Shown: piece after piece, positions 15,392-24,680 of the stretch
Layout of the letters: the number at the start of each line of letters is the position of its first letter
Numbering within the stretch: the first letter of the stretch is position 1
Virus record (IMG/VR): IMGVR_UViG_3300045988_041082
From: a virus
DNA length: 42,135 bases
Strand: one strand, 5' to 3'
Program-made: the position numbers and the translations under genes
Notes under the pieces: generated by a model
What the model was told of the DNA's origin: nothing
What the model saw: the letters and a program-made list of their open reading frames with translations, nothing else
The model's database searches: none

Positions 15392-16643
15392 TGTGAATAT
15401 AGTAAGCCTTCCTAAAACGATTGGAAAAGGCTATAAGGATTATTGGAACTTCAAAGGAAGATACAGAGTTTGTAAAGGTTCAAGAGCATCTAAGAAATCA
15501 AAAACAACAGCACTTTGGTTCATTGTAAACATGATGAAATACCAAGGTGCTAATTTATTGGTTGTAAGAAAGGTTTTCAGAACCCTAAAGGATTCCTGTT
15601 TCACAGAACTGAAGTGGGCAATCAACAGGCTTGGTGTTCAAGCTTATTGGGAAGTTAAAGAATCCCCGCTTGAAATGACTTATAAACCAACAGGGCAAAA
15701 GATTTACTTCAGGGGATTGGATGACCCGCTAAAAGTTACTTCTATCACTGTTGAAGTTGGTGCTTTGTGTTGGATGTGGATTGAAGAAGCTTATGAAATC
15801 ATGAATGAAGCTGATTTTGATATGCTTGATGAATCCATTCGTGGTGAAGTTCCTGAAGGACTGTTCAAACAGATTACACTTACATTCAACCCTTGGAATG
15901 AAAAGCACTGGATGAAGAAACGCTTCTTTGATGTAGAAAACAACCCTGATATTATGGCTAAGACAACCAATTACCAATGTAATGAATGGTTGGATGAAGC
16001 GGATTTAAGGGTGTTTGAACAGATGAAAAAGAACAACCCAAGAAGATATAAGGTTGCTGGGCTTGGTGATTGGGGTATTGTTGAAGGCTTGATTTATGAA
16101 AATTGGGAAGAAAAAGCCTTTAATCATAAATCAGAAGAATTCCAAAAGGAACATCCCAATATAAAAAGTGCTTTTGGGCTTGACTTTGGTTATACCAATG
16201 ACCCTTCAGCTTTGTTTTGCGGATTGGTTGATTTGGATAAGGCTGAAATTTATGTGTTTGATGAAATGTATAAAAAAGCCCTTACCAATAAAGCAATCTT
16301 CCAAAACATTCAAGCTATGGGTTATGTGAAAGAGAAAATAAGGGCTGATTCTGCTGAACCTAAATCCATTGATGAACTTAGGGAACTTGGGTTGTATAAC
16401 ATCAGAGCAGCACGAAAAGGAAAAGACAGCATCAACAATGGTATTCAGTACATCCAGGGCTTTAAGATTTATGTGCATCCAAGGTGTGTGAACTTCCTTA
16501 CTGAAATAGGAAATTACACTTGGGATGTTGATAAAGCTGGAAGCAAGCTGAACAAGCCCATTGATGATTTTAACCATTTGCTTGATGCTATGAGATATGC
16601 CCTTGAAGATTTCTTGAAGGGTGAAACATTTAGCTTTGAATAA
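15381..16643 (+). CDS. terL: Terminase large subunit (PBSX/SPP1-type ATPase-nuclease).
   Basis: Walker A KGSRASKKSKT, typical TerL N-terminus, C-terminal RNase H-like nuclease region. The start is ambiguous (TTG 15381; the ORF track gives 15363). Confidence 0.85.
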   Translation: MKNNVNIVSLPKTIGKGYKDYWNFKGRYRVCKGSRASKKSKTTALWFIVNMMKYQGANLLVVRKVFRTLKDSCFTELKWAINRLGVQAYWEVKESPLEMTYKPTGQKIYFRGLDDPLKVTSITVEVGALCWMWIEEAYEIMNEADFDMLDESIRGEVPEGLFKQITLTFNPWNEKHWMKKRFFDVENNPDIMAKTTNYQCNEWLDEADLRVFEQMKKNNPRRYKVAGLGDWGIVEGLIYENWEEKAFNHKSEEFQKEHPNIKSAFGLDFGYTNDPSALFCGLVDLDKAEIYVFDEMYKKALTNKAIFQNIQAMGYVKEKIRADSAEPKSIDELRELGLYNIRAARKGKDSINNGIQYIQGFKIYVHPRCVNFLTEIGNYTWDVDKAGSKLNKPIDDFNHLLDAMRYALEDFLKGETFSFE

Positions 16644-16666
16644 TTTAGAAAGGTGGTGAAAATAGC

Positions 16667-18199
16667 GTGTTTGGTTTTTCAAAAGATAAGCACAATATGC
16701 TGAATCCTGAAGCAAGCCCTTCCCCTGATATGATGGCAAAGCAGATTGCAAAGAATATCAGTGAAAAGCAGTTCATTGAACTGGAACTGTTACGCTGGAA
16801 GAAAAGCCCTAAAAGAATTGCTATGCTTGAAGGTGAACGCTATTACCAGGGTGAGCATGATATTCTTTCAAGAAAAAGAACTGTAATTGGTAAAGATGGC
16901 AAGCTTCAGGAAGTTGATAATCTTCCCAATAACAAAATTGTTGATAATCAGTATGCTAAAATGGTTGACCAAAAGACCAATTACCTTTTGGGGCAACCCC
17001 TTACTTTTGATACTGAAGATGATGCTTATGAAGCTGCACTTTCTGAAGTATTCAATAAGCGTTTTCACAGAACCCTGAAAAATGTGGGTGAAAATGCTTT
17101 GAATTGCGGTATTGGTTGGATTTTCCCTTACTTTGATGAAGCTGGTGTGTTCCGCTTCATGCGTTTTGAACCATTTGAAATTCTTCCTTTTTGGAAGGAT
17201 GCTGAACACACTGTTTTAGATTTTGCAGCAAGGCTTTATCAAGTAGAAGTTTATGAAGGAACTACATACACTATTCAGGAAAAAGTTGAACTTTACTATT
17301 CTGATAGAATTGAAAAGTATGATTTTAATGATGGTGTTCTTGTTCCTGATGCGGATTCCCCTACTTCTGATTACATTACCTTTGAAGATGAAGATGGAAA
17401 CCCGCAAGGCTACAATTGGGGCAAAGTCCCCCTTGTTGCGTTCAAGTATAACAGTAGAGAAATCCCCCTTATCAGAAAAGTGAAATCCTTGCAGGATGGC
17501 ATTAACACAATGCTTTCTGATTTTGAAAATAATATGCAAGAGGATTCCAGGAATACCATTCTGATTGTGAAGAACTATGATGGGCAGAATTTAGCTGAAT
17601 TCAGGCACAACTTAGCTACATTTGGTGCAGTTAAGGTAAAAACCATTGATGGTTCTGAAGGTGGGGTTGATGCCCTTCAGGTTGAAGTGAATGCTGAAAA
17701 CTACAAAGCTATTCTTGAAGTGTTCAAAAAGGCACTGATTGAAAATGCTATGGGTTATGATGCAAAAGATGATAGGCTTGCTGGGAATCCAAACCAAATG
17801 AATATTCAAAGTATGTATTCTGATATTGATTTGGATGCAAACAGCATGGAAACTGAATTTCAGGCAAGCTTTGAAGAACTTCTTGAATTCGTTCACATCT
17901 ATTTCATCAATCAGGGCAAAGGTGATTTCACTGGTTCTGAAGTGAACATTATTTTCAACAGGGATATAATGTTGAATGAATCTGAAGTGATTGATAACTG
18001 TTCTAAATCGCTTGGAATTCTTTCTGATGAAACAATTATTTCCCAACATCCTTGGGTTACTGATGTTAAGGGTGAGATTGAACGCAAAAAGACAGAAAAG
18101 CAAGAAAATCTTGATGAATATGCTAATGCTTTCAATCCAGTAACCCCTACAACTGACCTTAACAACCTTGATGATGAAGGCGGTGAAGGTGATGAATAA
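16667..18199 (+). CDS. Portal protein, SPP1 gp6 family.
   Basis: ...RYYQGEHDI...VDNQYAKMVDQKTNYLLGQPLTF... aligns with the SPP1 gp6 N-terminal region; acidic C-terminus DDEGGEGDE; GTG 16667 with SD AAAGGTGGTGA. Confidence 0.9.
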   Translation: MFGFSKDKHNMLNPEASPSPDMMAKQIAKNISEKQFIELELLRWKKSPKRIAMLEGERYYQGEHDILSRKRTVIGKDGKLQEVDNLPNNKIVDNQYAKMVDQKTNYLLGQPLTFDTEDDAYEAALSEVFNKRFHRTLKNVGENALNCGIGWIFPYFDEAGVFRFMRFEPFEILPFWKDAEHTVLDFAARLYQVEVYEGTTYTIQEKVELYYSDRIEKYDFNDGVLVPDADSPTSDYITFEDEDGNPQGYNWGKVPLVAFKYNSREIPLIRKVKSLQDGINTMLSDFENNMQEDSRNTILIVKNYDGQNLAEFRHNLATFGAVKVKTIDGSEGGVDALQVEVNAENYKAILEVFKKALIENAMGYDAKDDRLAGNPNQMNIQSMYSDIDLDANSMETEFQASFEELLEFVHIYFINQGKGDFTGSEVNIIFNRDIMLNESEVIDNCSKSLGILSDETIISQHPWVTDVKGEIERKKTEKQENLDEYANAFNPVTPTTDLNNLDDEGGEGDE

Positions 18200-20147
18200 T
18201 AGCGATTACTGGAAGAAGCGGTTTGAAATTCTTGAACAATCGGCTGTTTCTAAAGGTGCAAGCTATTATTCTTCCCTTGAAAAAGAATATAGGGAAGCAA
18301 GCAGAAGAATTGAAAGTGAAATTTCAACTTGGTACACACGATTTGCAACCAACAATGGCATTACCCTTTCTGAAGCAAGAAAGGTTTTGAATTCTTCTGA
18401 ACTTGCTGAATTTAGGTGGACTGTTCAGGACTATATCAAGTTTGGTGAAGAAAATGCTTTGAATAGGCAGTGGATGAAACAGCTTGAAAACGCTTCTGCA
18501 AGGGTTCACATTTCCCGCCTTGAAGCTTTGAAAATTCAGATGCAACAGCAGATGGAAGTTCTGTATGGAAATCAAACAGATGGAATTGATATCCTTGCAA
18601 GGAAAATCTATTCTGATGGGTATTATCACACTGCTTTTGAGATTCAAAGGGGCTTTAATGTTGGATGGGATTTGCAAGGCTTGAATGAAAAGCAGCTTGA
18701 AAGGGTTCTTAATAAGCCTTGGACTGCTGACAACCAAACCTTCAGGGATAAGTGTTGGAAGCAGAAAACAGACCTTGTTTCAACTGTTTCTACTGAACTT
18801 ACACAGGCTATCATGCGGGGGGATTCCCCCGATAAAGCCGTTAAGACCATTTCAGAAAATTTCAATGTTGCAAAGAACAAAGCTGGAAGGTTGGTAATGA
18901 CAGAATCAGCCTACTTTGCTTCTGAAGCACAAAAGGACTGCTTCAATGAATTGGATGTAGAAAGATTTGAAATTGTTGCAACCCTTGATTCTCATACTTC
19001 AAAGATTTGTCAAGATTTAGATGGGAAAGTATTTGAAATGAAGGATTATCAAGCGGGTGTAACTGCTCCCCCTTTCCATCCTTGGTGTAGAACTACCACA
19101 GTTCCTTATTTTGAAGATAACTATACTGAAAGGGCTGCAAGGGATGCTGAAGGAAATACTTATTATGTTCCTTCCACAATGACCTATAAGGACTGGAAGA
19201 AAGCCTTTGTTGATGGCGGTTCTAAGGGTGATTTGAAAAAGGTTGATGCTTCTGATATAATTAAGATGGGTGATGTATCAGCACTGAAGGAAGCAATCTT
19301 TAACAAGAACAAAAGCTTCCTAAGTGATGCCCAACAGACAGAACTTCAAACAATCCTTGATGGTATGGATGATGGGCAACTAACCCTTTATGATAAGCTT
19401 TCTGAAAACTTCGCAAGAAATGATTATCATTACAAGGGCGGTGCTGCTTACTATCCTTGGGAAAGAAAAGTTAAAATGAACATTGATGCTAATTCTTGGG
19501 ATAAAGCAATTGGCAGTGGTTACACTGGTGCTTGGAATACAAAGTTCCATGAAGAATTTCATCAATTAGACCACATTTTAGCTTTGAATAAAACTAAGTT
19601 CGCAAGAACTGCAAGTGGAAGCTTTGCAGATAAGTTTACACATATTTCAACTGATTATGGCAAGCGGATGATTCAAGCCATTGATGATGATATTCTTACT
19701 GCTATCAATAAGGCGGTTGATTGGCGAAATGCTGAAAGGGTTGCAGATGGAATGGAAGCAACATTTAAGCACTTGAAGAACTTGGATAGAATTTCAGGTG
19801 ATGCTTCTGATTCCTTGGTGTATTGGCTGAAACAACATTATGGAACAGCTAAACAGAAAGCCCAAATTGATTTGTTTACTGATGCAGTTGGATTATCCAC
19901 AAAGAACAGAATCCCGCTTTACAGTAAAGGCTTTTGGGGGCATAAACCCGCCTACAATAAGGAAAGAGGTAAAAGCGGTGCTACAAGTGAAACTTGGGCA
20001 ACCTTTGCTTCTTTGTTCAATTGTGGGGATGCTGAAACTGTAAAGATTATTCAAGAATTGATGCCTTCAACATGGGAAACCTATTCTGATATTATGAAGG
20101 AAGTTCTTGAATACGCTGCTGATAATCCTTTGATATATCCAAAATAA
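18168..20147 (+). CDS. Minor head protein with a MuF/SPP1-gp7-like domain, plus a C-terminal extension of about 330 aa that contains an HEEFH motif.
   Basis: LVMTESAYFASEAQKDCFNELDVERFEIVATLDSHTSKICQDLDGKVFE (Phage_Mu_F core); C-terminal ...KFHEEFHQLDH.... The start is either 18168 or ATG 18192. Confidence 0.75.
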   Translation: MMMKAVKVMNNSDYWKKRFEILEQSAVSKGASYYSSLEKEYREASRRIESEISTWYTRFATNNGITLSEARKVLNSSELAEFRWTVQDYIKFGEENALNRQWMKQLENASARVHISRLEALKIQMQQQMEVLYGNQTDGIDILARKIYSDGYYHTAFEIQRGFNVGWDLQGLNEKQLERVLNKPWTADNQTFRDKCWKQKTDLVSTVSTELTQAIMRGDSPDKAVKTISENFNVAKNKAGRLVMTESAYFASEAQKDCFNELDVERFEIVATLDSHTSKICQDLDGKVFEMKDYQAGVTAPPFHPWCRTTTVPYFEDNYTERAARDAEGNTYYVPSTMTYKDWKKAFVDGGSKGDLKKVDASDIIKMGDVSALKEAIFNKNKSFLSDAQQTELQTILDGMDDGQLTLYDKLSENFARNDYHYKGGAAYYPWERKVKMNIDANSWDKAIGSGYTGAWNTKFHEEFHQLDHILALNKTKFARTASGSFADKFTHISTDYGKRMIQAIDDDILTAINKAVDWRNAERVADGMEATFKHLKNLDRISGDASDSLVYWLKQHYGTAKQKAQIDLFTDAVGLSTKNRIPLYSKGFWGHKPAYNKERGKSGATSETWATFASLFNCGDAETVKIIQELMPSTWETYSDIMKEVLEYAADNPLIYPK

Positions 20148-20159
20148 GGGGGTGCAATT

Positions 20160-20396
20160 ATGAAATTAACTGAAAAGGAAAAGAAGGTTCTTCAGGATGA
20201 TGAAGAACTTGCCTATCAGGAATACAATAAAAAAGTTGGTGGTGAACCCATAGGGCTTACAGTTCCTTTTGGTTATCCCCCTGGTGTTGAAGAAAAAGGT
20301 GGTGTAATTGCAGTTTATAAAGAGTGCATCAAAAAGGGTGTTACTTGGGAAAAGCTGCTTAATTACAACCCTGATGATGAAGGGGCTGATGTATGA
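20160..20396 (+). CDS. Hypothetical protein (78 aa).
   Basis: SD AAGGGGGTG before ATG 20160. Confidence 0.45.
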   Translation: MKLTEKEKKVLQDDEELAYQEYNKKVGGEPIGLTVPFGYPPGVEEKGGVIAVYKECIKKGVTWEKLLNYNPDDEGADV

Positions 20397-20617
20397 TGTT
20401 TTTCAAAAAGAAACCAAAGAAACCAAAGAAACTGAAGCAATCTGAAATCAATGCTATCAACAATAAGCTTGCTTATCCTGAAGCAATTGTGTTTTGCCCG
20501 AGATGCGGTAAGAAGCTTGAATATTTTCCTGTTGGAAATGCTGCTGAAGTAAGATGCACTTCAAAAGGGTGCATCAGGGGTAGTTCCAGGGGAATTTACA
20601 CTTATCTTAATGATTAA
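20393..20617 (+). CDS. Small zinc-ribbon protein (74 aa).
   Basis: CPRCG...C..KGC; lysine-rich N-terminus. Confidence 0.45.
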   Translation: MMFFKKKPKKPKKLKQSEINAINNKLAYPEAIVFCPRCGKKLEYFPVGNAAEVRCTSKGCIRGSSRGIYTYLND

Positions 20618-20663
20618 GGGTTAAAACACTTTTTCATACAAATTTCATAGGTATTCTGCTATT

Positions 20664-20714
20664 AAGCAACCTTTAATAATCGTTTATATGCGGTTATATA
20701 GGTTGCTTTTTTCG
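20664..20714 (+). terminator. Putative intrinsic terminator after the small head-module ORFs: 9-bp stem AAGCAACCT/AGGTTGCTT with a structured loop, followed by T6.
   Basis: Inverted repeat 20664-20672 / 20700-20708, then TTTTTT at 20707-20712. Confidence 0.45.
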
Positions 20715-20826
20715 TGGAATCCTTGAAAAATTCGCCATTTTGGTATTTTGGGCGGTAACTACAAAGACAAATTACAAGGATACGAACCTTGGAAAAAACG
20801 GAACAATTTGAAAGGTGGTAAAAATC

Positions 20827-21465
20827 ATGAACAAAGAAAAGCTTATTGAAATGGGTTTGACTGAAGAACTTGCAACCAGTGTAATGAAAGAACTGGATGG
20901 GAATTATGTACCCAAGGCAAGGTTCAATGAAGTTAATACCGAATTGAAACAGGCAAAAGACCAGGTAAAGGAACGAGATTCACAGCTTGAAACCTTGAAG
21001 AAGAATGTTGGTGATTCTGAAGAACTGAAGAAGCAGATTGAAGCCCTTCAGAATGACAACAAAACCAAGGATGAAGCCCATGCTGCTGAAATCAAGCAGA
21101 TTAAAATTGATGCTGCTGTTGATAAGGCATTGGCTGATGCAAAGGCTAAGAATCCCAAAGCTGTTAAGGCACTGTTGGACTTAGCAAAGGCTGAAATTTC
21201 TGATGATGGCACTATTAAGGGATTGGATGCACAGATTAAAACCCTTTCTGAAGCTGAAGATTCCAAATTCCTGTTTGATACTGACAACACACAGAATAAG
21301 AATCAGAATTCCAAAGGCTTTGTTCCTGGGCAGAAAAAAGATGGTGTTCCTGGTGCATCTTCTGAATACGAAACCCGCCTTGCTGAAGCAAGGAAAAACG
21401 GAAACACACTTGAAGCAATCAAAATCAAACAGGAAGCTGCTGCTGATGGTGTGGTTCTGCTTTAA
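20827..21465 (+). CDS. Scaffolding protein (Phage_GP20-like).
   Basis: MNKEKLIEMGLTEEL..., highly charged coiled coil, position before the capsid gene; SD AAAGGTGG. Confidence 0.7.
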   Translation: MNKEKLIEMGLTEELATSVMKELDGNYVPKARFNEVNTELKQAKDQVKERDSQLETLKKNVGDSEELKKQIEALQNDNKTKDEAHAAEIKQIKIDAAVDKALADAKAKNPKAVKALLDLAKAEISDDGTIKGLDAQIKTLSEAEDSKFLFDTDNTQNKNQNSKGFVPGQKKDGVPGASSEYETRLAEARKNGNTLEAIKIKQEAAADGVVLL

Positions 21466-21510
21466 GTAAAAACACAAACAATTTTTTATTTATGAAAGGA
21501 TGAATTGATT

Positions 21511-22485
21511 ATGGCTAATGTTACTGGTATTGGTACTACTTGGAATTTGCCCAACTATGCGGGTGAACTTTTTACTGCTGACCCTACACAGACCCCCCTG
21601 CTTTCCATGATTGGTGGGCTTACTGGTGGTAAGCAGACTGATAATTATGAATTTCCTACTGCTGTTCTTTTTGACTATCCTGATGCTGCACAGCCTTCTA
21701 TTTCTGAAAGTGCTTCTGCTACTGCTCCCGCTGCTTCTGCTATTGCAAGAACTCAGGAAAGCAATGTGGTTCAGATTCATCAGGAAGTTATTGATTTGAC
21801 TTATGCAAAACTTTCCAATGGCGGTAGAATGAGTGGAATTAACACTGCTGGGCAGAGTGCTAACCCCGCTGATGAAAAGGCTTGGCAGATTCAGCAGAAG
21901 CTTATTAAGATTGCAAGGGATGTTGAATATTCCTTCCTTCGTGGCACTTTCCAGAAGGCTACTGCTGCTAATGTGGCAAATAAAACCCGTGGTATGCTGG
22001 AACTTGCTAAAACTGTAAACACTATTTCTGCTGCTACTGGTGGAAGCGGTTCTGACCCTACCCCGCTTACTGTTGAAATGATTAAGAGCCTGATGCTTGA
22101 AATGGCTGATAATGGTGCTTACTTCAACAACATGATTCTGTTTGCTGGTGCAAAGCAGAAACAGGCTATTACTTCCCTTTATGAAAAGCAGCTTGGTTAC
22201 AACCAGGGTGCAGCAAGAAATGTGGGCGGTATGAATGTTACAGAGATTGAAACCGATTTCTGTAAGCTTGGTATTGTTTGGGATAGATTTATGCCTGATG
22301 ATTCTATTCTGATTGCTGATGTGGCACACATTGCCCCTGTTTTCCAGGCTGTTCCTGGTAAGGGTGTTCTGTTTGAGGAAGAACTTGCTAAGGTTGGTGC
22401 TTCTGATAGAATTCAGATTTATGGGCAGATTGGGCTTGCTCATGGTCCTGCATTCTTGCATGGTTGTATCACTGGACTTGCTTAA
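21511..22485 (+). CDS. Major capsid protein.
   Basis: Position after the scaffold gene; about 325 aa; strong SD AAAGGATGA. The antisense 323-aa ORF here is spurious. Confidence 0.8.
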   Translation: MANVTGIGTTWNLPNYAGELFTADPTQTPLLSMIGGLTGGKQTDNYEFPTAVLFDYPDAAQPSISESASATAPAASAIARTQESNVVQIHQEVIDLTYAKLSNGGRMSGINTAGQSANPADEKAWQIQQKLIKIARDVEYSFLRGTFQKATAANVANKTRGMLELAKTVNTISAATGGSGSDPTPLTVEMIKSLMLEMADNGAYFNNMILFAGAKQKQAITSLYEKQLGYNQGAARNVGGMNVTEIETDFCKLGIVWDRFMPDDSILIADVAHIAPVFQAVPGKGVLFEEELAKVGASDRIQIYGQIGLAHGPAFLHGCITGLA

Positions 22486-22506
22486 TTAGAAGGGATGGTG
22501 AACAGA

Positions 22507-22797
22507 ATGTTTAAGGTTACTGGAATGAAGGCTGGTATTCTTTGGGATGCCGAAAATGATAAGCCTATGGTTAAATTCGTTGATGGTGTAGCTGAAACGG
22601 ATAATGAAGCTATTGCTATTAAGCTTCGTGATATGGGTTATGCGGTTGAAGGTGATTTTATCCCTGATAACCCTTATAAGAAGATGAAGGTGGATGAACT
22701 GAAGGCTTATGCTTCTGAAAAGGGTATTGACCTTGGGGAAGCTTCCAGCAAAAAGGAAATCATTGCTAAGATTCAGGAAGCTGAAGCTAATGCTTAA
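22507..22797 (+). CDS. Head-associated protein with a Rho-N/HeH-like motif (possible decoration or DNA-binding protein).
   Basis: MKVDELKAYASEKGIDLGEASSKKEIIAKIQ. The start is ATG 22507 (alternative 22495). Confidence 0.45.
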   Translation: MFKVTGMKAGILWDAENDKPMVKFVDGVAETDNEAIAIKLRDMGYAVEGDFIPDNPYKKMKVDELKAYASEKGIDLGEASSKKEIIAKIQEAEANA

Positions 22798-22816
22798 TGA
22801 AAGGGATGGTTCAACT

Positions 22817-23206
22817 ATGATTGAAGATGTAATTGAAAGATTAGCTTCTTTTGGTTATGTGGCTACTGAAGCTGATACTTGGGTTCTGAAGTTTATCATT
22901 GATAAGACGGAAAACCACATCAAAAATAGTTGCAACATTTCTGAAATTCCTGATGGGCTATATCAAGTTGCAGTGGATATGGCTTGTGGTAACTTTTTGT
23001 ATGAAAAGAAAGCGGTTAACCCTGATAGTTTAGCGGGGTTTGATTTAGAAGTAGCAGTGAAATCAATTCAGGAAGGTGATACCAATGTAAGCTTTGCATT
23101 GGGTGAAGGTTCTTTAACACCTGAACAAAGGTTGGATGCCTTGATTTCTTACTTGATTACCTATGGTGAAAAGGATTTTGTTACTTATAGGTGTTTGAAA
23201 TGGTAA
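22817..23206 (+). CDS. Head-tail connector (gp6/gp15-like).
   Basis: Size, position and SD AAAGGGATGG before ATG 22817. The ORF-track upstream extension lacks an SD. Confidence 0.5.
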   Translation: MIEDVIERLASFGYVATEADTWVLKFIIDKTENHIKNSCNISEIPDGLYQVAVDMACGNFLYEKKAVNPDSLAGFDLEVAVKSIQEGDTNVSFALGEGSLTPEQRLDALISYLITYGEKDFVTYRCLKW

Positions 23207-23559
23207 AACAGAAGAAGGCTTTACAGCTTTTTTGGAAAGATTCTTGTTCTGTTTTCATCCAAAGTAAGAAACAGAATCTAACTACTAAAAGAACTGAATT
23301 TGATGAAATTGCTTTATTCGAAAATCAACCTTGTAAACTATCTTTTGAAACCTTAACTTCAACTTCAGAAACAGACCATGCCCCTTCTATCAGTCAGGGT
23401 GTAAAGCTGTTTTTGGATTCTGAACTTTCTGTTCCCGCTGGTTCAAAAGTTGTGGTTGTAAGAAATGGCAGAACCTTCACTTACAAGGCAAGCGGTGAAC
23501 CTGGTGTATTTACCAATCATCAGGAAATTCCACTTGAATTGTTTGAAAGCTGGGCTTAA
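23200..23559 (+). CDS. Head closure / head-tail joining protein.
   Basis: Position and size. Start is ATG 23200 (alternative GTG 23191). Confidence 0.45.
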   Translation: MVKQKKALQLFWKDSCSVFIQSKKQNLTTKRTEFDEIALFENQPCKLSFETLTSTSETDHAPSISQGVKLFLDSELSVPAGSKVVVVRNGRTFTYKASGEPGVFTNHQEIPLELFESWA

Positions 23560-23561
23560 TT

Positions 23562-24056
23562 ATGGCTAATTGGGGAAGGTGCGATTTCAAACAGCTTAAA
23601 GACCTTCAGGAACGAATACAGAAGTTAGAAGGTAATGATTTTGATGCTTTTTGTGAAGCTTGTGCTAAAGAGTTGGCTGCAAGACTTTTGGCAAAGGTTA
23701 TTAAAAGAACCCCTGTTGGTGATTATCCATCTTCCACAGGCAAAATGGGCGGTACATTAAGGCGGGGCTGGACTGCTAAAACGGAAGCAGAAGCTTCTTC
23801 AGGTGGTAAATCTGATGCTAAAGCTTATGCTGATGCTTTGCCCATAACAAAATCAGGAAGTATGATTCAGATTGAAATTATCAATCCTGTTCATTATGCT
23901 TCTTATGTTGAATTTGGGCATAGAACCCGCAACCACAAAGGATGGGTAAAGGGCAAGTTTATGTTGACAATTTCAGAACAGGAATTGCAATTACAAGCCC
24001 CTAAAATCCTTGAAAATAAACTTAAAAAATACTTGGGGGAATGTTTCAATGGTTAA
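23562..24056 (+). CDS. HK97 gp10-family tail-component protein.
   Basis: GGTLRRGW...YASYVEFGH motif typical of the HK97 gp10 family. Confidence 0.65.
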   Translation: MANWGRCDFKQLKDLQERIQKLEGNDFDAFCEACAKELAARLLAKVIKRTPVGDYPSSTGKMGGTLRRGWTAKTEAEASSGGKSDAKAYADALPITKSGSMIQIEIINPVHYASYVEFGHRTRNHKGWVKGKFMLTISEQELQLQAPKILENKLKKYLGECFNG

Positions 24057-24474
24057 TGAACTTTTGAATGGTATATCCATTAAGCTGAACCAAGTATTTG
24101 GTGATGGGTATGAAATATATGGTGATACTGATGTTGTGCAAGGTTTGAAAGAACCTTGCTTCTTTATTGCTATTTTGAACCCTTCACAAACCAAACTGAT
24201 AGGGCAAAGATATTTTAGGGAACATCCATTTGATGTTCAGTTTTTTCCTACTAAATCAGGTGATAATGTTGAACTTCAGGAAGTTGCTTCTGAACTGTTC
24301 CTTGCCCTGGAATATATAACCCTTCTGAATGGTGATTTGGTTCATGGAACATCAATGAATTATGAAAATGTTGATGGTGTTCTTCATTTCAAAGTGAACT
24401 ACAATATGTTCCTTCGGAAAGTTGAACCTAAAGACAACATGGAAGATATTTCTATTGATGAAAACACAATTTAA
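24049..24474 (+). CDS. Tail completion / tail terminator-like protein.
   Basis: Position before the sheath gene. ATG 24049 with SD GGGGGA, overlapping the previous gene by 8 nt. Confidence 0.45.
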   Translation: MVNELLNGISIKLNQVFGDGYEIYGDTDVVQGLKEPCFFIAILNPSQTKLIGQRYFREHPFDVQFFPTKSGDNVELQEVASELFLALEYITLLNGDLVHGTSMNYENVDGVLHFKVNYNMFLRKVEPKDNMEDISIDENTI

Positions 24475-24489
24475 GGAAGGTGAATCTAT

Positions 24490-24678
24490 ATGGCTAAAGC
24501 TGATACTGCTGAAGTAAAGGCTACTAAGGTAACTTTTGCAAAGGCAAAGATTCTTACATTCCAGCGTTATAGAAATAGGGTTGACCTTTTAACTGTATTG
24601 CTGGATGAAAACAAAGCTTATACCACTGATGAAGTGGATGCTTTGATTGAAAAATTTATGAAAGGTAAGGTGAAATAA
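24490..24678 (+). CDS. Hypothetical protein (62 aa).
   Basis: ORF with SD AAGGAAGGTGA. Confidence 0.4.
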   Translation: MAKADTAEVKATKVTFAKAKILTFQRYRNRVDLLTVLLDENKAYTTDEVDALIEKFMKGKVK

Positions 24679-24680
24679 GA

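Noticed and set aside
21490-22461. 323-aa antisense ORF covering the major capsid gene
   Set aside because: It is entirely antisense to a well-supported capsid gene, with a low-complexity Ser/Asn-rich translation and no SD. It is a spurious ORF typical of AT-rich DNA.
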